From positions 744,001 to 808,000 of the forward strand of contig JANHCV010000015.1 in NCBI GenBank assembly GCA_025594325.1: a stretch of 64,000 nt of DNA. Reading direction: 5' to 3'. The notes beneath the pieces were generated by a model, which was not told the DNA's origin, did no database searches, and saw nothing but the letters and a program-made list of their open reading frames with translations. Made by a program: the position numbers and the translations under genes. This DNA comes from Blastocladiella emersonii ATCC 22665. Lineage: Eukaryota; Fungi; Blastocladiomycota. This document shows positions 1-11,199 of the stretch, in pieces (the first letter of the stretch is position 1; each line of letters opens with the position of its first letter).

Positions 1-2
1 GC

Positions 3-950
3 GACCGGTCGGCGATCTCGGTGTGGATCGGCGGCACCGCGACTGCAAATCCCGGCCCGAACGCCGTCTCCACGCTCGGCCGCCGTCCCGCGACCGCCGA
101 CGACGTGCGCGCCGCGGCCCACGCGGTGCCGAGCGGCGTGGTTGCCGTCGACGCGCCCGTCCCGCCGCCGCTCGGTGGGACGAATGCCGCGGCGTACAAG
201 CTCACGCGCAGCAAGAGTGTGCCGGGCTCGGCGCAGGGGATGGTGGCGGGCGCCGGCGGTGGGAGTCTCCCGCGGTCCGCGTCCGGGTCGATTCGGCGGT
301 CGTTTGGGTGGCGCGCCAACTCGACATCGGCCGCATCGTCCTCGGCTTCGGCAGCGGGGGATGCGGCCGATCCGTCCCGCCGCCGCGCGCGCAGTACGCC
401 GCCGGGATCGGGCGACGCGATGCCTGACGCGACCGCGCCGCCGCCGGTCCCACCACTCCCTGCCAGCAACAGCGCCGACAGCAGCGACGCGGCGAGCTAC
501 ATCCAGCCGCCGCCGGGCTCGCCGTGGGACGACATTGACGGCGTGACCGTGGTCCCGGCGTCCGCGCTCCTCGCGGCCCTCGACCCGGCGGTCCTGACCG
601 CGTCGACGGTCCGGTACCACAAGTTCCTCCTGCTGCAGCGCTCGCACGCGGGCCTGTACGCGCAGCGCATGGCGCTGCCCATCGACCTCGTCCTGTGCAA
701 CTGGACGCACCTCCTGTACCCGCCGCGGTACGTGCGGTTCGCGGGCACGCATTTTGGGCGATTGATCACGTACGAGTTTGCCACCCCGCAGGCGCTCGAC
801 GCCGCGCTACGGAATACCGCGCGCAAGTGGCGCCGCAGGTACCGCGAGCGGCTCGATCCCGGGTTCCGGCCCAAGTTGTCGTGGAGCGATAAGATCGTCG
901 CGGTCCTGGATCGCGTGGTCGGGCGGTTGGTGAGTTCGGGGCCCATGTAG
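3..950 (+). CDS. 5'-partial protein with a GRDP-like (glycine-rich domain-containing protein family) C-terminal domain
   Basis: The frame is open to the window edge. After a low-complexity Ser/Ala/Pro region, RYHKFLLLQ...PIDLVLCNWTHLLYPPRY resembles the GRDP motif Y..FL.L....P..DIDL.WHTH.L.P..Y. Confidence 0.5.
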   Translation, partial: DRSAISVWIGGTATANPGPNAVSTLGRRPATADDVRAAAHAVPSGVVAVDAPVPPPLGGTNAAAYKLTRSKSVPGSAQGMVAGAGGGSLPRSASGSIRRSFGWRANSTSAASSSASAAGDAADPSRRRARSTPPGSGDAMPDATAPPPVPPLPASNSADSSDAASYIQPPPGSPWDDIDGVTVVPASALLAALDPAVLTASTVRYHKFLLLQRSHAGLYAQRMALPIDLVLCNWTHLLYPPRYVRFAGTHFGRLITYEFATPQALDAALRNTARKWRRRYRERLDPGFRPKLSWSDKIVAVLDRVVGRLVSSGPM

Positions 951-1018
951 CGCTGGGATGGAAGATGAATAATAAATACTTGGCATCGATGCGATTCTTG
1001 AGGTCCTCGCTGGCTTTC

Positions 1019-1230
1019 GAGTGACGCGGTGCAGGGTCGGCCGTGCTGCGCCACAACAAAGCCGAAATGAGCGACGCGTCAGCGCGGCCGCGTGGGCGGA
1101 GACAGGTCGTCGTGACGCCGGCTTGGCCGTGATGGCAGGCGAGAGCGACTTGTACTTGTCCTTGAGTGACACGGTGCGGGGTCACTTGTGCTGCGCCACC
1201 CTGCAACCGAAAGGAGCTCCGCGTCAGCCG
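1019..1230 (+). repeat. Two diverged tandem copies (period about 145 bp) of a GAGTGAC..GGTGC...TGCTGCGCCAC...CCGAAA...CGCGTCAGC module
   Basis: 1019-1083 aligns by eye with 1164-1230. A third copy lies at 4333-4390. Confidence 0.6.
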
Positions 1231-1340
1231 GCGTGTCAGCGCGAAAGCACCGCGAGGTCACTCACGATCGGCTCACGCAATGCGACAGGAGTATCAATAT
1301 TCAACAAACCTTTGTACTCAACAAGCAGAAACTAGACAGG

Positions 1341-3985
1341 CTAGCGATCAATCTCAACAATCCGGTCGTCCACCACGCCATAGTCCACCTCCTCCTCCTC
1401 CGCCTCGCCCTCAAGCGCGTCGTTGGGAGAAGCAGTAATGGCGCGATACTCGGCCCCGTTTGCGCGATACAGTGGGAGCAGGAAGCACCGGAACATGTTT
1501 CGCTTGAGCCCATCAAAGAAGTCGGGCTGGATCCCTCTTGGGTTGGGACGCGCGTCCGTTGGCGACGACGCAAGGCCGTCCTGGAGCAGCTGCATAAAAC
1601 AGTCCACGTAGCCCGGCATGAGCGTGATCTGCTCGCTGGGCGTGAAATCCGAGCCCAGCTTCCGCACGACGGCAGGCAAGTACGCGTCAGCCAGCTCGGG
1701 AACGAGCTTCAGGCCTGGGTAACCCCACGAAACCGCGATGTCCGGGTGCGGGACGACGCTCAAGTCAAGCACGGGTGTGTGGGCACGGGCGGCCTCGCAC
1801 GGAGGAAGCACTGAGATGCGGTTCACGAGCAGGAGTGCGAGAAGTTCCTTCTTCTCGTTCAACACCTTGACCAAGGGAAGCGCGTCCCGATGGATCAAGG
1901 CGAAGAGCCGCGCGAGCGTAACACGCAAGAAGCGCGCCCGCTCAGCGGCGGATGGAGCTCGCTTCGAGTCAAGTACGCGCCGCTGCACGGCGTCGTCCTC
2001 GTCGTCGGTGCGCTCCAAGGAGAGCCGGTTCAACGCAACAATGAGCCCCCACTGTTCGTTCGTATCCAGTGCGTCCGCGTCCGAATCATCGGCGAGGTAG
2101 GGCACGAGAGCAAGGCGGGCCAGTCCGTCCTTGGCCACAGCGAGCACACGGGCGACGGTCACCGTCACGCGACGGGCGAGGCGTTCAGGGTGGCCGTCCA
2201 CGAGTTCGGCGCACGAGGAGAAGCGATACGACTGGGTCGCGCCCCCGACCTTGAGATCGAGGGTGCCCGGCGCACCAGCACTGGAACGCGAAGGAAGCGG
2301 CGTAAGCTGGGTCTTAGTCGAGCTGAGTCGTGGTTCATCGTGTTCCATATCAAGAAGACGTACCCAGCGATGGCAATGGCGCAGCTCGATCGGGACCGCG
2401 GAGCGCTTCGGCGCAGCGGATGAGCGCCCCAGCGAGGAACGGCGACTCTTTCAGGGCAACAGGAACACTGGGGAAATCGAGCTTGTAGAATGTAAACGGC
2501 TCGAAGGCGCGATCGTCGCGTCGCTCGACGTGCTCGCTGCTCCAGGTGAAGCGCGTGACGTGCGACGCCCAGTCGCTGTCCGTGGCGCGCTCAAAGTAGT
2601 TGATACCAAGCAGCGTCGGAAGCGCCTCAAGCGGAAGGCCGGTGGCGCGGCAAACAAAGTCGTCGCGCGAAGCCGCAACGGAAGTAAGGTGCTCGGTCGA
2701 CGTGTAGATGAGCGACCGCATGTTGGCCTCGTTGTTCGCCAGCAACGGCGAAGCTTGAACGAAAAGGTTGAGCAGACCGCACGTGTCGATGGCCGAGCCC
2801 GTGTGGATCGCAGGGAACCGCTGCTCGCGCGAAACGAGCGACTCCAGGACCGCGACGGGTGAGCCGACGCAAAACGCGATGCGGCACTGGAAGTGCGGCG
2901 GCACGCATGCCTTGCCCCACTTGGTGACAAGCAGATACGGACCCGTGCGCCGTGTGTCGCACCTGGGACCAAATGCGAGCGCGAGCGGGTCGAGGAGGTC
3001 GATGGCGGCCTGAGCTGTCGCGCCCAGCGACTCGAAGGTAATGGGGGAAAAGACGTCGAGTACGACGTGATCGAAAGGCGAAGAGAAGCGGAGCGAGCCG
3101 TCGGGGCACACGAGGAGCATGGTCGGGTTGATGTCCGTTGCAAACGCGCTTTCATCTTTCGCCTCCGGACTCTCCGTATCAAAAAAGTAGGCGCCGGTGT
3201 TGATAAACTTTTCGAAACCCCGCTTGAGTGCATCTTGTCTGTCGCCCGGAATTGCCAGCAGTTGCGAATTTTAGCCGACCAAGCCGCGCAAGCATCGCTC
3301 AGCGGCTCGCTGCGCGTACGTTTAAGTCACGGAGGGAGGGCAAGCGCGCTCGTAGTAAGCATTCCGGTGGGCGTAGAGCTGCTCGGGCGTCCAGCCGGCG
3401 GCATCGAGCCATGACTTCCAACAATGGCGAACTGCGCCCAGCGTGGCGTCGTCAACGACCCGGATACGAGCCGCGGAGCGGTTCCAGTTGACAGCGAGGC
3501 ATGCGCGCATCTGCTCTTCCCAGAAAGCACGGGGATTAGGTTGGAGCAGGAGCGAAAAGTAGAGCTGGCCCAAGTAGTACGCTGGAGCGCCACCTTTGGC
3601 GGCGAACTTGCCGTTCGAAATCGCATAAAGCACCCAACAGGTCGCGCGCAAGGACCTCGGGGCGCGAGTTGCCGAAAACAAAGTTCAGGCCCGCGGTGCC
3701 ATACTTGCGCGTCGCACCATGGATCGTGTGCGCGACGTCGCGCAAGCTGCCAAACTGGAGAGCAAGCACGTCAAGCCGTGTGACATCGCGCGGGTTGTGG
3801 TGCAAGAGCAGGTCGCGCGAGTAAGACTGGCCAAAGGGATAATACGGGTCAGTCACGTCGCCGCCGCCAAGGAGCGCCGGGCCCGATGTCGCCGGTGCGA
3901 CTGGCGGCGGCGGCGGCTGCGAAGTGGAAGAAGAATTGCCGCCGCGGGATACTTTGCCGATAGTCTTGACCGCTTTCGTCTTCAT
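1341..3985 (-). pseudogene. DUF4470-domain gene disrupted by several frameshifts and stops
   Basis: YYPFGQSYSRDLL...LDVLALQFGSLRDVAHTI...LNFVFGNSRPEVLARDLL matches the DUF4470 pattern. One extra base at 3633-3635 shifts the frame; removing it restores EVLARDLLVLYAISNGKF. Further breaks occur near 3320-3230 and 2350. Confidence 0.7.
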
Positions 3986-4332
3986 TTGTTTTGCATCGAG
4001 TGTGAGGAGAGCAGCTGCGGCGGAGCGTCGGATTTGGGCATGGTGACGCTTGCGCGGACGATCAGGTGACCACATCAGCGAGACTATCACGCATCTCCAC
4101 TTTCGCCTACCCTGTTCGCATCCTCGATGGGCTTTGTGGAAGCTGGCGCTCTTGATCTCAAGCTGTACAGACAAGGGCCATGTCCGGATTGCTTCAGCAT
4201 GACCTCGCGCAAGGAGCGCCGTGCGGCCCGCATGTATCTCCAAGAGGGCACTGGCAACGCTAAGCCTGGCGTCGCGCCCCTTGAAGTCAGGTAGGCAGCG
4301 GTTGCAGCGAGTGCGCCGCTGGCCTGTCGGGC

Positions 4333-4390
4333 TGCTGCGCCACCGCGGAGCCGAAATGAGCGACGCGTCAGCCAGCGGGACCGCGTGGGC
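4333..4390 (+). repeat. Direct repeat of 1044-1097
   Basis: Shares TGCTGCGCCAC, an exact 23-mer GCCGAAATGAGCGACGCGTCAGC (1061-1083 = 4350-4372) and CCGCGTGGGC. Confidence 0.85.
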
Positions 4391-5759
4391 CGCGACGCGT
4401 CGCTGTCTCCCGCTTACGAGGAGTCGCGTTGCAACGCTTCTCCGCTGTTCTCCGACCCGTCCCGTCTCACACATCACCATTCATGGTTCCCACCATCGCC
4501 ATCCGTGGACAACCGTGTCGCTCCTGAGGAGGCGCGTTTAGCCGCCAGGACGACGACGCGAGGGCGTGGTCATTGACAAAGACGCGCGCGGTTTTTCGGG
4601 CGACCAGGGAAGCTCAGGCTGTGGTCGTGCCCGCGGACTGCTCTCTCTGTGGACAGTTTCCTGACGTTGACAGGCATGGATCGAGCAGGATACATGATGC
4701 ACTTGTGCCATGGAAGCTGACCGACTTGGTGAAGGTCGCGTAGGCGAGCTGACGGCTGTCCACGGCGGGGTCAAGGTGGAAGGCTGAGGGAAGCGCTAGT
4801 TGTTCGCGTGCACACGCGCTTGCTGCTGTGGAGTGGTTCTTGGTTGCGCTCAGCGGGTTCGGCATCAAGCGCAAGCGATTGACGGTCGTTGCGCGTAACA
4901 CGCGACCTCGAGTGCTCGACTCTTGATCCAGTCGCTTAACGTTGATCAAGCGTGATTGTAAGCCGTCAAGAGCGATGCGTATGGCCCTGGCCTGCATCGA
5001 CGCGTACACTACCGCCGCTGGCCATGAACGAGGACCTGCAGGGTGGCGCAGCCAGGCCTCCCGCGACGCGTCTCTCCCGCTCGCGTCTGATGTACAGCAG
5101 TCGCCCACCGCGCCGTGTGCTCCGCGATCGTTGGCGGTCAGGTCACGTCGCTCGCTTTATTGTCATGAAAATGGGAGACGGTACGGAAAGCTAGCCGGCA
5201 CTGGGCCCCCGTAGCGGCCGCCGCTGGTCCTCGTAGTCCAGCTCGGCTCTCCTCCCTCTCAGATTCGCTCCCTCACCTTCCGTTCGATACGAAACTTGAC
5301 TCTGCCGTTACAAGCTGAGCCATACTGTACCTCCCCGGTCTCCTTTGCTGTCGTCGCCCTCGCCGACCTACAGCAACCAGTACCTGCGCCCGTGTCGCAC
5401 CCGGATCCGCCCGATCCACACACTCGCGCGCACTTCGATTTTTCTTCGACACCCGTGTGCACCAGCTACAGCTGGTCTTCTCGCCGTCGTCTCGCCAACC
5501 TCGAGTATCCTGCACCTCCACGCGCACTGCATCCGATCCGCCTGATCCGACCGCCCTCGACCAAACCTGCTCTCGCCCGCGCGCACCTTCCGTCGACCAT
5601 CCCGCCTGCCCTCCTCGACCTGCAGCAGTATCCACGGGCTTGATTTTCTCGCTCGCGACCGACTACAACGTCCTTCGACACCTGCTACTTTTTACTATCG
5701 CTCCCCGGCTACTCGCACCGCCCTCCCCGCGCTGATCCACCCCGTCCACACCCGCAACC

Positions 5760-8700
5760 ATGGGCGTCTGGTCGCGGATCAAGACCGTCGCCGTCCACGT
5801 CGGCGCCGGCCTCGCCGCGCTGACGGGCTCGCACGGGCACCTCTGCACCGAGTCTGCCCAGCGGTACGCCTTCTTCGTCTCGGCTTCTCCTCTTGCTCGG
5901 ATCCTATCGCATGTCGCGGTCGCGCGTGTGCGGTGGCGCAGCACGACCACGTGCGCCGTTCGCACGCCTCGCACGCGCCTTCTCGCGACGCGCCTTCTCT
6001 CTTCACCCTCCCGATCCGCGTATGAAACTCATGGAAACGCTAATCAACTCTATGCATCGGCCTCCAGGACCTTCCCCGCTGCCTTCCCGAGCGCCATTTT
6101 CGTCGCCAAGTCAATCTCGGTCAACAGCCTCGCGTCGCTCTCGTTCGTCGACACGGCTTCGATCGCCCTTCCCGCCACCGCCACCCCCGCTACCGCCTCC
6201 ACTACGGTGACCTCCAAGCCCGCCATCCTCGTCGACTCGGCCGTCCTCGCCGCAAACAACTCGTCCGACCTCGTTGCCCAGTGCGACCGTGCCACCGTCA
6301 CCGCCACCCCCGCTACCCCCGCTACCCCCGCCAAGGACACGTCGGCTCACGCCGCGTTCACGTCCAGCGTTACCAAGAATTTCGTCGCTGCCCTCGAGCT
6401 GCACGCCGTCCCCGTGCAGGTGATCGAGCTCAAGAAATTTGAGGCTTCAAGGTAAGCCCGCCATGGGTTCGCCGAGTATGGCGCACGGGATGCTGACAGC
6501 TCTGATCGTGTAGCAGCCTCGTGCAGTCGCTCCCCGACACTATCAACGCCGACACGCCGGCCGAGCTCGATTCCATTATCGTCGCGCAGGACCCGTCGCC
6601 GCGCGACGATAACGCGCCCGTCGTTGCGGCCGCCCCGACGCGTCTACTCGCCAACAACACCGAGGCCGACGTGATTGTCACTGCCACCACGCGCACGACC
6701 GAGAACCTCGCCGTGATCGAGCTCCACGCCTCCACCGCCACCTCAACCACTATCGCCATCACCTGCAACACCTCGCCAAGCAGCACCGCTGCGCCCACCG
6801 CCACCGAGTCCATCGAGAAGCTGCTCGAGCTGTCTGCCGTCTTTGGGCAGAAGTTCGAGCCCTGGACCGCTAATGTCAAGGCCGCACGGTACACCTGCAT
6901 TGCACTGGCCAATTGTGCACTCATGACTGACGGGTTGTCGATTGTAGCACCCCCGATTACACGCACCTAGTCTCGGCCAGCGAGCAGGATGAGACCGTCA
7001 TCGCGTCGCCGCTGACGCTGTCGTCCGAGGAACACGGGCCCGCCGTCAACGACTCCAACATCACCTCGGCCGGCTCGACCCAGCCCAACATCACCATCAC
7101 CATCACCACCAAGGAGGTCAACATCAAGACCATCACGCCCGCCGAGTCGGGTGCCATTGCCGCTGTCACGCCCGTCACCTCGAAGGACTGCGCAAACAAC
7201 AAGCTCGACTTTGTCGAGGACCCGGAGTACGCCGTCGCTCAGGCCACGAGGTACGTCTTTTTGCTCAGATCAGACGAACTCGTAGCGCTGACGGCTTTGA
7301 GCGTGTAGTGGCCTCAACGACCAGATCGTCGACGAGACCAAGGTCGATGACGTGCAGGCTGAGCACGAGCCCGCCGTCATGCCGCAGCAAGACCAGCTGC
7401 CGCGCTACGAGTACGCCACCCTCCCCGTCAAGCCGGGCAACATCAACGACAGTCGCTCCACCTTTGCATCCAACGGAGCCATGGAGCAGAATGTCGCGGC
7501 CGAGACCAACCTCGCGCGTCCCGCCGGGTTCGAGTCAACCTGCGCCGCGTCCCCGCGGACCGTCGCCCTCATCGAGCTGTCGGCTGCCCTCGCGCAAGAG
7601 CTCGAGTCCGGCTCGCCCGTCCAAGTCACGACCAGGTCCGTGGTGTTCTTTGGGGGCCCGCTCGGCACACATGAACTGACTGGTAGCCACACGCGCGTAC
7701 CGTAGTGGCCTCGGGCACCTGTTCGCGCCCAGCGCAGCCAACGTGCAGATCGCGCCAGTCCCGTCCACTGACACCGGCATCGTCGATGGTGCTCACGTCG
7801 CGGCACACCTGGCCGAGCCGACTGCGACCGCCGTCGCTGACGTTCCGGAGCAGTGCGCCGCCTTCTCAGCTGTCACGCACGTTGGTCACGATTACTGACT
7901 ATGATCGCATGTATAGAGCCACGGAGATGGCCGCCAACGCCGACTTACCGCCAGCCAAGGCGGATCCTGTGCCGCTCGAGTTGGAGGCCCGCTCGGAAAA
8001 GTACGTTGGCGGTGCGGGCGCCCGTCAAAGAGTCGCATCATCACTCGCGCTCACGGACCCGTGTGTAGTTCGACCGCCCGCAAGACCGCCATCAACCTCA
8101 TGTACAACCTGGTCGCGGACTCGACGGCCGCCGTCGACGCGACGACTGTTCCGCCGGTGCGTGGGGCCGCGAGTACGGTGCGTGAATACGGCCCAAGCAA
8201 GGGCCCCGGCTTCCTGGCGCCTGGCGAGGCGCCGCCGGCCGACTATGATCCGCTGATCCATGGGTACGGACTTCTCGGTGGACGTGTCTCACCATGAAAT
8301 GACCACTAACGCATGCTGTACGTTGTAGCCAAGGGCTGTACAAGCGGGCCGACCAGGTGCCGTTCATCTGGTCCATCTACCGCGACCGCGGCGAGCCCAA
8401 GCGCTCTGCCATCAAGGCGCCCAAGTGGGCCCGCAAGCTCGGCTCTCGCATCGCCCGCAACGCGTCCAAGTCGACCGAGTCGACCGAGTCAATTCCCGCC
8501 GCGCCTCAAGTCGCAGCTGCGCCTCTTCCTCGCCCTCGGCCGCGGATCCTCGACGAGCTCGCCGCCACGCCGACGATGCGCGCCAAGCTCGAGCTCATGA
8601 GCCGGCAGGGCGACCACCGGGCGGACCTGACGGGCCGCAACTCCAAGTACCCAATGTGCCGCGCCGACGAGGACGCGCACTATGACGGCGTGTTCGGGAT

Positions 8701-9313
8701 GCGCCGCGCGCGCGACGCGGGCGAGTTGGAGCCGTACCGCAAGTTCCTGTTCCAGTCCGAGATGGACAGGCCCAACACGTTTGTCGACGCGCTCGGGCTG
8801 CATCTCGCCGAGCAGCCGGCCGCGCTGCTGCCCGAGGCCGTGGTGAAGCGCCTGCTCGCCATCACGGACCAGCACCCATTCGCCATGGCCCACCACACGG
8901 TCAACATTGACGCGGACCTGACCCGCTGGTACCCGATCCCGTCACACAGCGTGGGCAGCGAGAACCTGGGCGAGGCGTCACAGTGGGCGATCCGCGCGCT
9001 CAACGTCCGGATCGCGCAGGCCTTTGCCGTCAAGCGCGACGACGGCAGCGGCGGCGTGTTCGACACGCAGCAGCAGGTCGACAACGCGGTCGAGTACTTC
9101 CGGTACCTGAACCGGATCGCGGCCGAGTGGTCGTGGCGGTACCAGCTGACCACGACGGCGCAGGAGCTGGCGGCCGCCGCGGCGCTGCACGCGATGCGGG
9201 TCGACGCGCGCGACGTCTTTGCCAAGGATGCGTGGTACAACCGGGTGTCGTACGAGCGCCAGGCGTTCGAGCTGGCCAACTACCTGGTGTGCTACTTTTC
9301 GAACACCCATTAG
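5760..9313 (+). CDS. Multi-exon hypothetical protein: Thr/Ala/Pro-rich N-terminal part and a globular C-terminal exon
   Basis: Canonical short introns near 6452, 6888, 7251, 7635, 8002 and 8263 (GT...CTGAC/CTAAC/CTCAC...TAG). The terminal exon is ORF 8357-9313 with host-like codon use. The exact exon chain was not fully verified. Confidence 0.6.
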
Positions 9314-9531
9314 ATTTGCCCTTTCTCCTTATAAGTTCAACAATATACTCTAGTTCAGAACATTCGTTCAAACCGGTACCACGACGTATTGACAGGACGC
9401 GTTGCGCCACTTGCTCGACGTGGCAGGCGCGCCGCGTGACGTTTCGGCGCCGCAGATCGACCGACTTGGAGCGATGAGCGGCGCTCTCGCCCTACACAAC
9501 AACGCTCCCCATCCGATTCACTCCCAACACC

Positions 9532-10863
9532 ATGGAAGCCAATGAACTGCATGCAACCCGCCCGGCGCGCTTCACGGACCTTCCCGCGGAATTCTCGACT
9601 CGATTCAAATTGACGAGTACGGGTGCTGCCTTGCCCCTAGTGTTGACTTGAAGCCATCGGCAATGTCGACTCGGACGCAAGCTCAGACTCGCAACCCGAA
9701 CTTGACGAGTTTGTTGCGGCGCGCAATGTCGGTGCCATCATTCGCGAAATCGCTGCGATCGCAGAGCTTCGGTTGCGTCGGGGATTCCGTGAGCACGGCT
9801 TCATCAGTGACGCTGCTCTTGACGCACTTGCGCGCTTGGGCGCGCCCAACGACGTGATCGCCTTCATATCCAACTTCCAAGGCGCCATGTTTGTCTTTGC
9901 CGATTACAACCGAGCAGTGTACCGGTACAAGGGAGGCAATTGGTTTGACGTTCCGTTTGAGGGGTCGCTGGCTGTTCCGTACGGTCAACTGCTCGTTGCA
10001 CTCCTGTGCGACCAGATGACTTCGGCCGAACCGCTTCAAATGCTCGGTCAGCAAACGTCAGGTTATGCACTTCCTGACGCTCACAGGCACTTTCACCTAC
10101 TACTTTTCCCCGGCGTTCGGCGCGGTGCCCGTCCGCTGTCGCACTGGAGCCCAAGCGTCTACGCGTACATTGATTCGCTGCCGCTCGTCTGCTTCAAACA
10201 CGCGAGCTTGCAAGCGTCGTTGCCGGCCGTGGACATGGCGCAAGGCCGCGATCGTGGTCACGGTGAATCATACAATTTTCGGCCATCGAGCCGATCCCAC
10301 GTTCCGCTCATGATTCCTCGCCGCAGCCGCCCGATGACCTTCCTGACTTGTCGTGGGCGCCATGGCAGTACGCGATCCACTGCATGCTGAGCAAGGTTCC
10401 GGGGCTCACTCCCACGGCGTAGGCGATTCCTGAGGACGCTCGCATTTTACTCTTCTCGCGCGAGGCGCTCTGCCGCACAAGCTTCTTGTACCTCGGCGAG
10501 GCTGCAAGCGGTAGTACTGGACCCGGTACCAAGGCGGCATGGATCATTGAGCAGCTGTACCGCGCCGCGCCCGCTGTCTTTGTTAATGACATCGTTCAGG
10601 TCAGCGTGACGAGTCCGGCGTTTACTTGGCGCATGCTCCCGCGCGGCGCCCTGAACGGACTCCGGCCGTACAAGTGGCTCCTCGCCGCCGCATGTGTGGC
10701 CCTGGACCGCCTTACAAGCCGGGAAACTGTAATGCGCGATGCGCTTTCTGATCTCTTCGCCGCGGCTTCAACAACGGCGCGTTCGCCCGAGTTCCGCGCC
10801 ATGTTTGCGGCCGAGTGCAGCTATCGCGGGATTGACGTGAACGTGTTCTTTGGTGACGATTAG
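9532..10863 (+). pseudogene. Decayed F-box gene
   Basis: ATG at 9532 gives MEANELHATRPARFTDLPAEF (F-box start motif), then the frame is lost. Protein-like pieces continue in ORFs 9773-10390 and 10486-10863. The 5' part is paralogous to 18985-19171. Confidence 0.55.
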
Positions 10864-11199
10864 ACCTGTACTCGAACAGAATATATCCACGTTACCTTCC
10901 TCACGAACTTTGTCTATAGGTCGGGATCCTGCTCGACGCGTCAATTGGCGAAGCGATGCGTTGTCGGCGGTGATGGTCAACCTGCCAGGGGCGCCACGAC
11001 CCTCTTGCGCCTAAGCATCGCGATCCGATCAGAGGAGCAACGCGACTGGCCCGGAACCATGTCGCTTTCGAGTCGAATGAACGACACGCTCCTGTGGGTG
11101 GATTGGCTGCTTCCCACGGCGCGCACCTGGCTTGGGTGTCGACGCCAAGGCCCCTCCCCCGTTCCCGCTCTTCCGCAACAACCCTCGCCCGCTTTTGCT

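Noticed and set aside
7520-7545. GGTTCGAGTC resembling a tRNA T-loop
   Set aside because: No T-stem pairing or cloverleaf, and it lies inside a coding exon.
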